Assembly (NCBI GenBank): GCA_028534125.1
Contig: CM052823.1
Coordinates: 12,028,001-12,092,000, forward strand
Source of the DNA: Lama glama
Lineage: Eukaryota
Direction of reading: 5' to 3'
DNA length: 64,000 nt
The stretch's first letter is position 1. Every line of letters begins with the position of its first letter. Shown here one piece after another: positions 31,792 through 44,964 of this stretch. The notes beneath the pieces were generated by a model. That model was not told where the DNA came from, made no database searches, and saw only the letters and a program-made list of their open reading frames with translations. Position numbers and translations under genes: made by a program.

Positions 31792-34744
31792 AAGTTTGCT
31801 TTTTTTCAATTAAACTTTTTTCTCCATTAATAAAAAAAATCCAGGAATGTAAGGTCACCATATGGAAGTAGCAGATTTAAAGGAGTAATTCTGTCTTGTT
31901 GTATTCATTTAGATAGTTGTCAGGAACTGCCTTTTCCTGTTTTTCGTGTTTGTAGAGCTGGATTGAGGGTACCCCACTGGGGGATCTGAACGTAGTCACA
32001 AAACAGTGGTTTACAGACTTGATTCGTTCTTAATACCATCCTTCAGTGTGGGTAAGTCCCTTTGGTTTTAGAGACCAAATAAAGGTCTGTATTCTAAGGG
32101 CAGCCATGAACCACGAGGTGTATGTCTATGTATTTGAGGATAATTGCCACCAAGGGCTAGAGAAAAATGGCATTTAGTTTCTTCCTGAATATTAACTTGG
32201 AGAAAGGTAGCTGGTCCAGGATTCTGGAATAAATGGACAGTAGTGGACATTAGGAGGCTGCTTGAGCATCCTTATATAATCCAAGATCAGAAACAGGAAT
32301 TGCCCAGGTCATTTGCAGTCAGGTGTCTACAAAGTGTATGGCAACTTTGAAACTCCCTGAGTGTGGGAAGTTAGCCAAGGGTAAGGTTCCCACTCGAGAC
32401 TGTCTTTTAAAAGGTTGAGTTTTAACTTTGAAGCATTTAAAGCTCAAGCTTCGTGGTTCACTAGAAGAAGATGGTTTTAATAATTTGCTTTGTATTTCTT
32501 TTAAGGAGAACAGTAGGTACAGTAGGAACAGGACTGACTCTTAGAGCTGGAAAACAGAAGTGTGACCTAGCTTGGAGTTCTGCAAAGTAAGGCAGCCACA
32601 GGGAAAATATGCTGCCAGGAAACATGGTCTCCATGTGTTAGTGTTACCGTGTCCTCCAGCTGCGTTTTCTGTGTTAGTTGTGTAACAGCTGGCAGTCTGC
32701 TTCACGTTTTTTGAAGGTCAGGTTCGGGCTCATGACCACTGTTGCGTGGGCTCAGAGGCTGTGTGGGGTTGGGGCCTTTAATTTCTTTCTCTCCAGGAGC
32801 AGGTTTGTGTTCCTAGTAGAACCTTGAGCCTGAGAAAAGTCTGCTTGTCGTTGGCATGGAAGATGGTGAGTGAGGCAGTGGTGAAGCCCTGGTCTCCGTG
32901 GGTTTCGTTTGTCTGCAGATGCTGTTGCACCCGGAGTTTATGTTGAAGATGGGGCGTAGGCCACGTAGGCTTTGAGGAGGGTGTTGCCCGGGAAGAGGAA
33001 AGAGGTAGACGGTCAGGAGCTTTGCCACTGTCGTGGGTGCAAGTGGCACCTAGATCTGGTGTGCAAATCTGAACACTCCTAAGTGCTCTGGGCCCTGGCT
33101 TTTTAGGTCCTTATTTTTGTGTAACTGTAACGGTCATGGGGCACTGCTGTTGTCCCCAGGTGTCCATCACTCTCCCTCCTCCCCTCCACATCTCAGGATG
33201 GGCATTCCGAGACCCACCTCTGGAGTTGGCTCTGCTGAGTGTTTTTAGATCATCCCTTGAACTTAGACAAAATTCATTGCTCCCCTGTAGAGAACCAAGT
33301 CAGTGGTCTTCAAACCTTCCACATAGGTGGGTCCTCAAGAATGGGAAAGTCTTGGGAAGCAATTCCAGGGTTAGAATGTAGAGAAGAAAGCACTGTCAGG
33401 TGCGCTGGAGCCACACGTCACTGGTACAACAGCAACCGGGGCTGTTAGTTTCGTGTGAAACGATTCTGCAGGTTACCGCATGCTCGTGTCTGCGTGCCTC
33501 CCGTCACGCCGGGGCACATCAAAGATCAAAGTGCCCTAGCAAGTGCACACCCTGAAAGGTTAACGAGGACGGGCTCCAAAGTGTGCAGGAGACTCAGGAG
33601 GATTCCGCATCAGCCTGGGGAATGACAGGTGGTCACTGGATGGCACCCTGGCAGGAGCACCAGCTCCCCTCTTGTACCTCATCTTCCACCCCCCACCTCT
33701 CTCTGGGAGTCACATTTTCCAGGACTGACGGTTGTCATTCTGCAGAGATGCCTGTTGAAAGGGAGTGGTTTTAAGGGCTTGAGGTTGTTAATCGTACGAA
33801 AAGTGGAGTTCTGGCTTCCTGGCCCTCCCGACCTGGATTGGCAGGCTTCTGATCAGATGTCAGGCAGTTTTGTAGTTGGGAGTTTGTTCCCAGCATTTGT
33901 GATGCTCTGAGAACAGAGCAGGGTGTGTGAGCTTCCTTTTCCTTCCTTGTTCCTTGGAGTCCCCTGGGACCAGCTGGTGGCTGCTCTGAGAGGTGCAGAC
34001 TCCCAGGGACCCTCAGCCACTGGCCCTGCCCTGTTTGTTTGGGGTTTTCTACCATGGCCCCTGGAGGAAGGGGAAGGCATTTCCCCCACCCTCTGCCCAG
34101 TGAAAGCCCCTCGGGCTCTCAGGTAAACTTGTTTTCTCCCGGGGGACTTAACTTGGCTGCAGCTGCCCTGCTGAGGTTCCGGGGCAACACGGGGACTAAA
34201 TGTGCCCGAGTGTTGGTGGGAAGGGTGTTAGGGAAGGGGAGCGCGGGGGCCTGGCAGGTTGTCTTCACAGGGCTGGCCATTCCACTTTTTATTTTCTTTT
34301 TAAAACTGTAGGACACAGTTTTAAACTTGGCATAAGCGTGAGAGTGCAGAATCCTGTGATCTGTCCGTGGGGGTTGGGACGCTTCCCCTGCTGGGCAGCT
34401 GCTTGGCTGGGGTGCTGGAGATGGGACACACTGGATTGCATCAGACTCACCTGTGGCACTTAGAACAGTCCCCACTTCTCGGCCCCTCCCTGGAGACTCT
34501 GACCCAGGAGGTCTGAGGTGGGTTGGGGAAAGTAGGAGTTCTGTTAAGCTTTGTAGGTCTTTCTGATACATAGCCAGATTTGAGAATCCTTGAACTTCCC
34601 AATGCTGAAATTTCATCAAGAACATATTCTCAAGAATGAGTAGGTGAGGTGAGAATAGACCTTTTTTTTGCCATTTCATCTCTTACAAGACTTTGAAAGA
34701 TAGAGTAGTTGTTGTGTGTGTGTGTGGTTTTGTTGTTGTTGTTT

Positions 34745-35570
34745 TTTTAAACATCATGGAATATTTCAAACGTACGTGTAGAGAGGATAGTATCGTGACT
34801 CTAGAACCATCACCACCGTGGGCCACCCCAGACTCAGTAGATAACAAGGGCTTGCTTCCTTTCATTCATTCTTCTTTGTTTTGCTGTTGCTTAAGTATTT
34901 TGAAGCAGATCCTAGCCCTCATGTCGTTTTATCCCAACATACTATTTTAATTTTTAATTTTTGTTAAAGTACAGTTGATGTGCAATATTATATTAGTTAT
35001 CTGAGCATATTTTTGTGTGTTTGAGTAAGAACAATTCCCGTAACCGCAATGCCAATGTCATGTCTAACAAAATGAACCATTCCTTGGTATCGCTGAAGGC
35101 CAGATCCATGTTTAAATATCCTTGATGGTTTACAAAAAGTTTGTTTGAATGAGGATCCAAACATGGTTTACACATTGCATTTGCCTTTGTCTTCAGCCTA
35201 TTTCCATCCCCAGTAGAGTGAGTCCCCCTCCCCCTTTTAATGCCCTTCCTTGTCAAAGAGACCCCTCTGCACAGTCTGTCTGCTTCGTGGGGGTGTCATT
35301 TAGCTTGTTCCTCTATCCCTCTGTACCTATGTTCTGTGAAATGGAACTGAGTGCTGACGGGTAGATCACATTCTGGCTTGCTTACCCCCAGGAATACTTT
35401 GTAGATGAGTCTTGTCTTCTCACATCAGGAAGGCTGGTTGACCCACTCCTAGGGGTGCAGAGGTTGGGCTGTGAGGTGGCTGCTCCCTCCTGTGCAAAGT
35501 CCCCTTCAGCCTTGCATCTTAGGGTTTCGTCTGTGGGTGACCTTTGCCTGAATCAATCAAGATAGAGTTC
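34745..35570 (-). mobile_element. L1MC/L1ME-like LINE fragment
   Basis: atggaatatttcaaacgtacgtgtagagaggatagtat...ttgaagcagatcctag...gtttgtttgaatgaggatccaaacatggtttacacattgcattt. Confidence 0.7.
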
Positions 35571-36239
35571 CAGAGCCTGGGATTAGTTTTCTATTTCTTA
35601 AATACAGACCTTACGTAGGACCATAAGATTCACATGGACTAACCTCTGTGAGTATTTGTAAATGAGAAGTAAAGCAGTTTCGTTTTTTGTTTGTTTGTTT
35701 GTTTTGTGAACTGGATTACAGTGGTTCAGGTATGTGTGTTTCTATTTCTGTGCTTTTTGTTTACTTCCCTTCTTGCCAGTTGAACAAAAACCATTGTTGT
35801 CATAAGAGGGTTTCTAAAAGAAACACTATACACAAGTGTGTTTATTAAATCATCCAGGGCTCAGTGCCCTCAATACAATTTTAGTTTATAAATTTAGGCA
35901 CTTGTCGTGTTCGAAAGAGAACTGGATTGGAAGCCAGATTACCTGGTTCTAGTTTTGATGCTGAAGGTACGTGGCTGTCTTGGGCCTCAGTTTTCTCAGA
36001 TATAGAAGCAGAAGTTTATCATGACTTGGAGCATCTTAACTTGGGGTCTTTGAGTATCAGACAGCCTGAAATTACTGACAGCATTTCGTGTGACTACGCA
36101 TTTTCCTAGAGGATCCCACAAGTTTGTTGGATTAGTTTTTTTATTCTTAATGGGACCTTTGATCCTGGAAAGGTGAAGAAACACTGGTATTTTATAATAA
36201 CAATAGTGTATGTAATATGGAATACTTTCTTTATGCTTT

Positions 36240-36430
36240 CCCACTATCCAGTTTCTTCCTCACTACAACTCTATGAAGTAAGTCCTAGTTTCCTTCTTAA
36301 AAAGAAAAATAGATGTTGAATTAAGCTCAGAGTCGTTAAGCAACTTGCTCGAGGTCACACAGCGAGTAAGTAGCAGAACAGACATTCACCCTTATTCCTT
36401 CCAATTCCGAAGGGCATGTGCTTAAATTGA
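36240..36430 (-). mobile_element. MIR SINE
   Basis: cctcactacaactctatgaagtaag...gctcagagtcgttaagcaacttgctcgaggtcacacagcgagtaagtagcaga. Confidence 0.75.
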
Positions 36431-38388
36431 CCCTGGTGCTTGACCACACTTTCTCAGTCTAGAGGCTCTTATAGGTGATCTCTATGTGCTTTCTCAGAAT
36501 ATTCTATGAACATGAGTTTTAGGGAGATTAAATTAACTCAGGTAAGCCCAGAATTTAGTCCTGGGGTACAGGATAGAGAAGGGTAACTAGAGAGAATATT
36601 TCTGTGCCGTTGTGATGGGGCCAGGCTCTGTCCTTGTCAAGCCACTGGAAAGGTGTCGCCCTTGCACAGAGCGAATCACTGTCCTTGCAGCTCCCCGTTT
36701 TCAGGCTCTGTCCCAGGCCCCCTGCCTTCCAGGTCCCCTCCACTCAGGTCTGGCCCAAGTTCAAAGCCCCTTCTCCCTGCATAGACACCATGTATACAGG
36801 TTCTCCCTCCAGTTCCCAGCCCCTCGATGTTCACTCTTCTGTCCTGGTGAATGAGATTCTTTTCCAAAGGCAGTTTTGAAAACGTGGTAGCATTTCTTAT
36901 ATGCAGTAACAGTCCCCCATAGGCACAGTTGTCTCTCATTCCCTCCTTTTGCGGGGGTTGGGGGGCAACCACGGAATCAAGAACATTTCCCTTTCCCGTG
37001 ACGATTGCATCCCTGCGATGGTCACTTTAGGAAGAAGAAATGCCTGGCCTAATATTATTATTATTTGGGGAGGTAAACGAGGCCCTTTGAAGAACTGATG
37101 AGTAAATGACTAAAAGTCAGGGTCCTGTAGGGTGGTGGGTCACGCAAAAATGAGATGAGATGGGTGAGATTCTTTTGTGGTGTCTGGGGCAGGTGACGAT
37201 CCTGTTCGTTCCTGAGCTGGGGCTGCCCCGCATGGCAGCAGGGACAGAGCCTCGTCACCAGCGCCTACCACCTGGCAGGCTGCTCTCCATTGCCTGTGCT
37301 GTAGGCTGGTTGCCTCGGAAGGTTGAGACTTTACCAGGGTCTTCAAGGGGCCTGAATTAAACATACATCCACGTCACAGGCCCTGGAATAAGAAGGGCGT
37401 CATACCAGCATCCTGGGGCAGAGAAATCCATGCACTGCCTTTGGCCGTGCTACCCCACTGATCTTGCCATTTGCTCCATCCAGACACTGCTCTTTCCTGA
37501 TTGTTCCAGGCATAGATGCCTCCGCTGGGAGGACATTTCTGTTGTCTTATTACCAGCTGTCCACGGACTGTTCATTCATTCATGTGACAAGCCTTTGCAA
37601 GCACCTGTTGTTCTCAGTACCTATAATACTTACTACACTAAGTGCTGAAATGGTACAGAGTTGAACGTGGGTGGCCATGGCCTGGAAAGCCTTTGTGGTC
37701 CACTGTGCCCCACCCACAGAATTTCCTCCTAGTGAAGGCACTCACCGGCAGAAGCCCTTCCTCCAGTGCTCTCTCTCCCCCTTTTATGTATCTGTTTCCT
37801 GTTTCTCACAGCATCGCTTTCCTGGCCCTTCCATTTCAAGGATGCCCTGATTTTCCAGTCCCCAAGGTGACTCCCCTGCTGTTGACCTTGATGAGGGTCT
37901 GTAGAGGTCTTCCGGAAATCTGAGTTCTTCTGGACTGGGGAGCTCCATTAACCTGCCTGTCCAGGACCGTTTTCTGACCAGTTAATCAGAAAATGTTGTG
38001 TTCTCTTAGGTAGGGCTTGGTGGTACCTGGGTAGGCCTATGAGATGCTTCATTGATGTATTGCCTGAGTATGTTACCGACAAGAAATTATTCTCAGAACT
38101 TCCCTTGTTGGGCTGAAGAGGCTCCAGGATTTCCCTTTGAAATCACTTTAAGCTGCAGGATAATTCTTTGCACAGGAAGTTGGCATACCTACCGACCCCC
38201 TGCTTGAAAGTCATGGGTCTTGCTTCTTTCAACGAATAGTGATGGGTTGTTGGGATTCATCCGCACCCTCTCATGGAGCCCTTGGCCATCTTCGTGCTCT
38301 TAAGCTTTAGCAATATGATGGCAGATTTTATAGAAAATTCCATTTCCTTCCTAATGGACAATTTTTGCAGTTGAGACAGATGATGATG

Positions 38389-38391
<3 letters not shown>

Positions 38392-38445
<54 letters not shown>
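38392..38445. repeat. Compound (AT)n(AC)n microsatellite
   Basis: About 21 AT units followed by CA units. Confidence 0.95.
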
Positions 38446-39117
38446 GTTTAAAGGCTAATATACTGTTTGTTTTGATGATACTGTGTTTTTTAGGGAAGTC
38501 TTTTGTTTGTTTGCAGATTTTGGTTTTGTGGCCCCCTTGAAGTGTTTAATTCTTTGTTCTCTATCCTTTTCACTTTTAACTGCTTTGCCTCAGTGAATAA
38601 ATCTACCCAGCCCTGTAAGAATTTATCCCTCGGCTACATTTACTTCAACACTGGCCTGAAGTTTTCAGACTGTAGCAGTTCACTCTAGCGCCCCCTGTGA
38701 AATGAAATGCCTCCGCATTAGCAGAACATCAGTATCTCGTTGCCTGTAATTTCAGGGACTTGGGACACTTTCTATTTATTAGTTTATTCAATAGAATTAT
38801 TTGGTAATATTGAAGATTAAAATGAAAAATGAGATTCGGTTCTTGCCTTTTCAGAGTTTGCATTCCAGTGAAATAAGAGACATGATAAAAAAAAAAGATA
38901 AAAAAGAATAAGCCATCACAGGTATGAGGAGGGTACCAGATCAGTAAGTGATTGATGTCATTTGAAGTTAATCAAGGAGGCTTCTCTTCCCCAAAGAGGG
39001 GCACTTGGAGCTGAGATAGTAGATAGCAGTGGGCATGTGTTGACTATCCCTTGGAGGAGGATCACTTGAATAAATTGTTAGCAAAGCATGAATGAACGTG
39101 AGATCTCCAAGAATGGA

Positions 39118-39520
39118 TTAGTTAGGATAAGGTTTCGCTGTTTATAATAGAAAAAAAAATCCAAATAACAGTGAATTAAACAAGCTAGAAGTGTATTGCT
39201 CTGTCACATAAAGTGAGTCTTGAGGAATTGGATAGACATTCTGTCCGTCTTTCTGCTCAACTGCCCTTACTACATTGGTTTCCATTCTCAGAGTCTTCTC
39301 ATGGTCCACGACAGTGTCTGTTAGCTTGTCCTCATCTTAGGAGGCAGAAAGGGGTATGCACGGAAAGACAAAAGGGGGTTCCATTGAATTACCAATAATA
39401 AGGAACTCTTCCAGAACAGCGCCCTCCCTGCTCTCATCTTATTGGCTAGCGCCTGGCCACATGACCCCTTTTGCTGCAAGGAACGCTGGGAAATGTAGTC
39501 TTTTAGCTGGGCCCATTGCA
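39118..39520 (-). mobile_element. MLT1 (J/K-like) MaLR LTR, degenerate
   Basis: agttaggataaggtttcgctgtttataa...ccaaataacagtgaattaaacaagctagaagtgtatt...gctgggaaatgtagtcttttagctggg. Confidence 0.6.
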
Positions 39521-40006
39521 GTCCCAAATAAAATGCTGGTACTGTTATTAATCAAGCATGAGATTTTCTGCCACAGAGGTCTAGATGCTTAGGAGGTGAA
39601 TGCTGCTGGACCCAAGGGTTGTATGGAACAGTATCAGAGAAAGGGGTCGTCAGGGAGGTTATGTAAATAAGGGTGAGGAGTTGGTGGGGGAGCTAGGGTG
39701 CTAAGGGGAAAACGTTAAATTGCTCTAGTAACTTAAGTAAAGCAGGGATGATGACCCATTTTTCAAACATTCCAGTTAATCAAGGTTTTGCTTCCAGATA
39801 TTCTGCTTAAATTGCATTTAGCATCTTCAAAAGCAGTAGCTTGATAGAGGTGAAGATGTAGTCTGTGCCAGGTGTGATAAGAAGAAAAGCCAGGGAAATC
39901 TATGGCTGAAGATAGAGAGCAGCGTAAAGTAGTTCTTTTAATAATAACTTGATGGCTGGCTCTGCGGGGTGCGGAGAGTTCCCAACAAGAGAATGAAGTC
40001 TTTGAT

Positions 40007-40050
40007 TTGTGTGTGTGTGTGCGTGTGTGTGTGTGTGCACACGCGCACAT
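40007..40050. repeat. (TG)n/(CA)n alternating purine-pyrimidine tract
   Basis: Direct reading. Confidence 0.9.
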
Positions 40051-40689
40051 GCTGTTTGAGTACCTCTGCTTGTGAACTCAGCTGGAGTCCAGTAAATACA
40101 GGCAGAGTGACTGTGCTGCTTCTGTGAGGAGAGCGGCTCTCCAATTACCCTTCCTTCTCTTCCTTCACCCCCACAGGGTGTGTGGGGGGCCCCTCTGGGC
40201 CCAGTGGGGTCAAGGTCAGTGTTGCCTTCCACTTACTAGAGCTCTCTGCAGTGCCTCAGAGAGAGTGACGATCTTCCTCTGGGGACAGGACCCATAAATG
40301 GTTTAACTAATGTCATTAGACAGAAAACAGTCGGCTAGCAGAACACATATGCACTTTGTTTTTAAAAGAAAAGGCCAAGTCACGTGGGTGCTGACTCCAA
40401 TCATGTCTGTCGTGGAGGGAGAAAAAATATCCAGTCTCCTGGCATCAGAGTACAAACCATGTGGCACAGAGCTGGGGTGCAGAGTCATGCTAAATTCTCC
40501 CACAGGACTTCACGGAATGCTGAGTTTTTATCCAGAATCTTCCCTAGACGCAGTCATGTGAAGTGAGAACCTGCTTTCACAGCTACAGTTCTGAGACCCT
40601 ACAGAAGCCTTAGTTTGCAAAGTAAAAATTGGACTCTGCACTTACCAAAAAGAAGTAACTAGAGTCGTTTTGGAAGCATTGTCAGCAGT

Positions 40690-41420
40690 GGTTTGTTCAT
40701 GCCACGCATATTTGTGGCATGCCAGGCACTGTTCTGGGTGCTCGGGAGACAGTGGTGACCCGTGACAGCCCTTGCTGCTCTCCTGGACCATCCACAGGGT
40801 GGTGGGGGGCAGGGAGGATGAGAGGGAGGCACATGTTAAACAGTAGCTCCATCCATGGGCACAGAGGGCGTATCAGATAGTGCTTCATGCAATAAGATGG
40901 TAAAGCAGGATTATGTACAAGAGGGGTAGGGAGCAGAGTGGGAGGCTTCATGGAGGAGCTGACTGGGCCAGACCTTGAATGGTGAAAGCATTCAGTCAAG
41001 CAGAGTCTTGGGACAGAGAGAACAGCAAGTGCAAAGGCCCTGAGGTGGCATCGGCTTGAAATGTCCAAGGAAATAGAAGGCCTGTAGGAAGTATGTTAGC
41101 AAAGGGAGAATGAGATGTTTAAAGGGGCTGGCGGGGGAACATCTGTCTGGAGCTTGTTCCTGTGGTGCAGGTTAGAGATGATGAAAATGATGCTGGTTTA
41201 GCCCACGGTTGGGGTTTACAGATGAAGGCGTGTGTGCAGATGTGGGTTGAAAGGGCAAAAAGTTCTACTTTGACCACACTGAATTTGAGATGACTTTTGA
41301 ACATCTAGGTGGAGCTATCAAGTTGGAAGTTTGATTTGTGAATTTCAAGCTCACTGGAGAAGTCAGAGTAGAGGTATAAATCTGGGACGCATTAGCGCTT
41401 AGTTGGTGGAAACTAAGAGG
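40690..41420 (-). mobile_element. L2 LINE fragment
   Basis: tgccaggcactgttctgggtgctcgggagacagtggtga...agcaagtgcaaaggccctgaggtgg...gaatttgagatgacttttgaacatctaggtggag. Confidence 0.75.
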
Positions 41421-41840
41421 ATTTCTGGATTACCTCCATCAGAAAGGAGGTAAAATCAAACCTCTATTTCAGGTCTGTAGGAAATTATATTTCCATTAAT
41501 GTTTGACTCGAGAATTCATTTTGGGGTGTATTCAGCATGATGACTAAAAACAAAAGAGGTTTCTATTTAGAGGGAGAAATTCAGAAGTATTTCAAAAATA
41601 ACTTACCTGTTATTATTGTAGTTACTGCCTATAGTTTTGCAGGCAGAAGAAAACAAACCTTTGCTTTTTGTAATGAGGGTATCCCTTCTCAGTGTGCTCA
41701 GGGCCCGCGGCATCTCTGACATGACGAGGGAAATGCACTACAGTAAACATCCCATTTAGTAGAGCCCCCTAACCCATGACTTCTGAGAGTTCCCTGCCAT
41801 CTGGTCCCTGGCTGGGGAGAGGAATTTTTCTTGTATATGT

Positions 41841-41906
41841 GTCTCCATAGCAACGAGTTTGCAGTTGATATGGAAAGTAAGCAGTTGCCTTAGCAACGGA
41901 GTTGCT
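41841..41906. promoter_or_regulatory. Cluster of RFX X-box motifs (candidate intronic enhancer)
   Basis: GTCTCCATAGCAAC 41841-41854, GTTGATATGGAAAG 41864-41877, GTTGCCTTAGCAAC 41884-41897, half-site GTTGCT 41901-41906. Confidence 0.6.
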
Positions 41907-43599
41907 GATGTGGTGGCTCCCCTGCTTTCAGGGAATGGATAAGCTGACCAGACTAGTTTAGATGCATCATGTAGGGCGCTGTAATGTAGGGCTGTGCACG
42001 CCGGCCCTGCCAGTGTAAAATCAGTCCTGCTTTAAAAGAGATCGCAGCTCCTCCCTCTTCCAGAAGGAAGGGCTTACAGAGATAATAAATCAGACAAAAG
42101 TAGCTGCTGTCAGTTGAAATAGATTCTAAGAGGGATCTCCTGGTGTAATTTATTTAGTTTCACTTAGAGGAGAATGTTATCATCAGGGTACAGTTGGTGT
42201 CAAGGAAAAGAAAGCCACCCAAGTTGTTTTAACTAAAAGAGTGCTTGTCCCAAGGACATAGCAGTCAGTCCCATGGACCAGTGGCGACAAACAACAAAGC
42301 ACATCTTGGGTCCACGGTTATTGGAACCTCTCCCTCTGTGGCCACGTGGACGCCCATCCCTGCCTTTCTCTAGGGACCTGTTCCAGTCTCGTCTTTGTAG
42401 CCTGGCTTCTTCCGTGTGACTCTTGATTTCGCTTCCTCACACCACTGGCTTGCTGTGGGGGAGCGTTGGTACCAACCCCTGTAATGGGACGGCCCCAGTG
42501 CCCAGCGATGTGGGCCCTGCCGTCTCTGTGCTCTTTCTTTTGTCACAGTTCCAGACACATTAACTTGTTCTTCCTGCATCAGATGTTCAGCCCTGGTCAC
42601 AACAGGGGCAGGGCCCCCAGATCAAGACAGCCGCTGGCACCACCCCTTCACATGGGGTGGGGCCTGGGCTTGGGCTCGAAACCTGCCTGCAACAAAGATT
42701 TTCTGGAAAGTCTTTTGTCTTTGGAAACATTTTAATAATGCAAAGCAAAATAATAAATAACTTCCAAGTATTTTGTGCTTTTTTTTCTTCCCTTTTCGTC
42801 CCCTTGGAGTATCTCTCACAGGTGATGGAATTCTGGGACTGTCCCTTTTGCTTCTTTTTGGTCTCTGTGATGACTTCATCTTTCTTGCATTTTGTTTCTA
42901 TAGATTTGGGGCTGGTGGCTCTCAAACTAGCATTGCTTTTCTTTGGTGGCTACTTCTTCCTGCTAGCCTCAAATTGCCTGTAATCACAGGGTTGAGTGAT
43001 TACCAAAAATTATGAACTCTAGCCTCCTGTTCCAGACAGGAATAAATGTCAACTATCCAAACACAAGTTGTCCTGGTTTTCAGGATCAAGAGATTGGGTA
43101 ATGGTTCTTGTTAATACCATTGTGTGTCAGCCCCTGTCATCACATTGAGATGTTCAAAATGGGGGAAAAATGTAATTACTTCATTCCAGAGACGGGAGAT
43201 ACAAAGAGATTACAAAACTCTGGTGGAGTAGACTGGGCAAAGATAAAAAGAGACCAGGAAAGTTAAACTCATCATTTGCCCATTGCCAAAGGATTGATTG
43301 TCCAATGGCCAGAATTACGTGGTTCAGGAATCCAAAGGAGAAAACAGTCCCTGCGGGCAAACAGAGCCACAGGGGGAATCCTGGGGAGGAGACAGAATTT
43401 TATTAGCTGGGTGGCCAGGACTGGGGCTGGGGACTGGGAGAGAGGAGGTCACTGGGGTTATTAGGGTGAGCTTGGACATGAGGGTGGGAATGCATATGGG
43501 GGAAGACTGGGTGTGAAAATGGGAAGTGACATTTTCACAGGCCTTGTCGGGGGTGGTTTGTCATTGTGTGAGGCATTTGTATCCGTGGTCCTGTAGCTC

Positions 43600-43715
43600 T
43601 CCAACAACTGGAAAGTAGATACTGTGTTCTTTTTACAAGTGGGGAAACTGAGGCTCAAAGACATTCAATGGCTTGCTACAGTGACAGAGCCAGATGTTGG
43701 ACCAAGATCTGGGAC
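43600..43715 (-). mobile_element. MIR fragment
   Basis: ttttacaagtggggaaactgaggctcaaagacattcaatggcttgct. Confidence 0.65.
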
Positions 43716-44727
43716 CTCTTTGCTTTTCCTTGACCACACTTGGCTGAAGCAGAGGGCTCCTGTGGGATGGAGAGGGAAATAGATTTGGGAGGGTCAGTTG
43801 AGCTGGATGGTAGGGGTCTTGAGTGCCGTGCCAGGGAGTCTAGACTTTGCTCCTAAGGCAGTGAGGAGCCCTTAGATGTTTCTAAGTGACAAGTGATTCT
43901 TGCTTATGCCTTCAAGGTTTTTACAGAAGCCCGGTCCTCTGCAGCAGAACCTCCTGCTGCCCAGAAATTTATGGAGAAAAAGACCATGAATGAGTTTCCA
44001 TAGGTTTAACTAACTTGCTCCAGATTTGTAAACAGTCCACTGCTTATTTTTCATTTTAAGTGTTTTGCTCTTATTTAATAGATTCTGTTTTCACTGATCA
44101 TTGCTTTTATTTATTGATGCCACCACTTCCTCTGAATGCCTTGACCATTCTGGAGTTCATAGAGTTTATGCAGGAGTGAAATGAGCGACCCACCCTGTCA
44201 TCGCTGCCCTGTGGATTTGATCCTCCTTTGGTGTCGAGGTGGATTTTTCCCTCTTCGGATTTCAGGTGGTGACATCTTTTCCTCTTTGGCCTTGTAGGTA
44301 AACATAGTAATATTAACCCCCTGGGAAATGGGGTCACAGGTGATTTTTTTCATTCCTTTGTTCATTCAGCCGCTTTGAGTTCTTGGAATGTGGAGGGCAT
44401 TGCGTCAGATGCTGTGGGCAACACACAGGTGTAAGACTGGGTTTTGGGGGGACACTTTCGGGTCATCCCTGAGGCGTCTCTCTTCTTTAGCCCCATACCC
44501 AGTCAGTTACAAAATGTCTCTTGAGTCTCTCCAGCTGGCCCCTCTCTAGCCCCACTGCAACTGCTCTTCATTGTTTACTGGGTGGTACTGGAGCCTGCTA
44601 ACTCCTTCCCCACTTCCCCTCCACTTTACCGTCTCCCCCACAAGTCCATCTAAACAGAGCTGTCAGAGGGCTCATTTAATACACAAATGAGTTTTGTCAC
44701 AGCCCTGTAGTGGTTCCTATTACCTGG

Positions 44728-44920
44728 AGTGGTTTATCTCAAAGTGTGCCTCTACCTACCAACTTCAGTATAATCTAGAGTGTTTATTAGAAATGCAGAT
44801 TTCTGAGCGTCAGCCCAGACTGACTGAGAATTTCTGGTGGTGCTGCCTGGGAATCTGCATTTAAGCAGACTCCCCAAATGATCCTTCTTTATACTGAACT
44901 GAGAAGCAAATTGATAGAGG
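44728..44920. mobile_element. MER5A-like (hAT-Charlie) DNA element
   Basis: agtggtttatctcaaagtgtg...aaatgcagatttctgagc...gcctgggaatctgcatttaagcagactccccaaatgatcc...ctgagaagc. Confidence 0.75.
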
Positions 44921-44964
44921 ACCAAGATCAAACTCTTCAGCTGGGTTTATAAAGTCTGCCTTTC

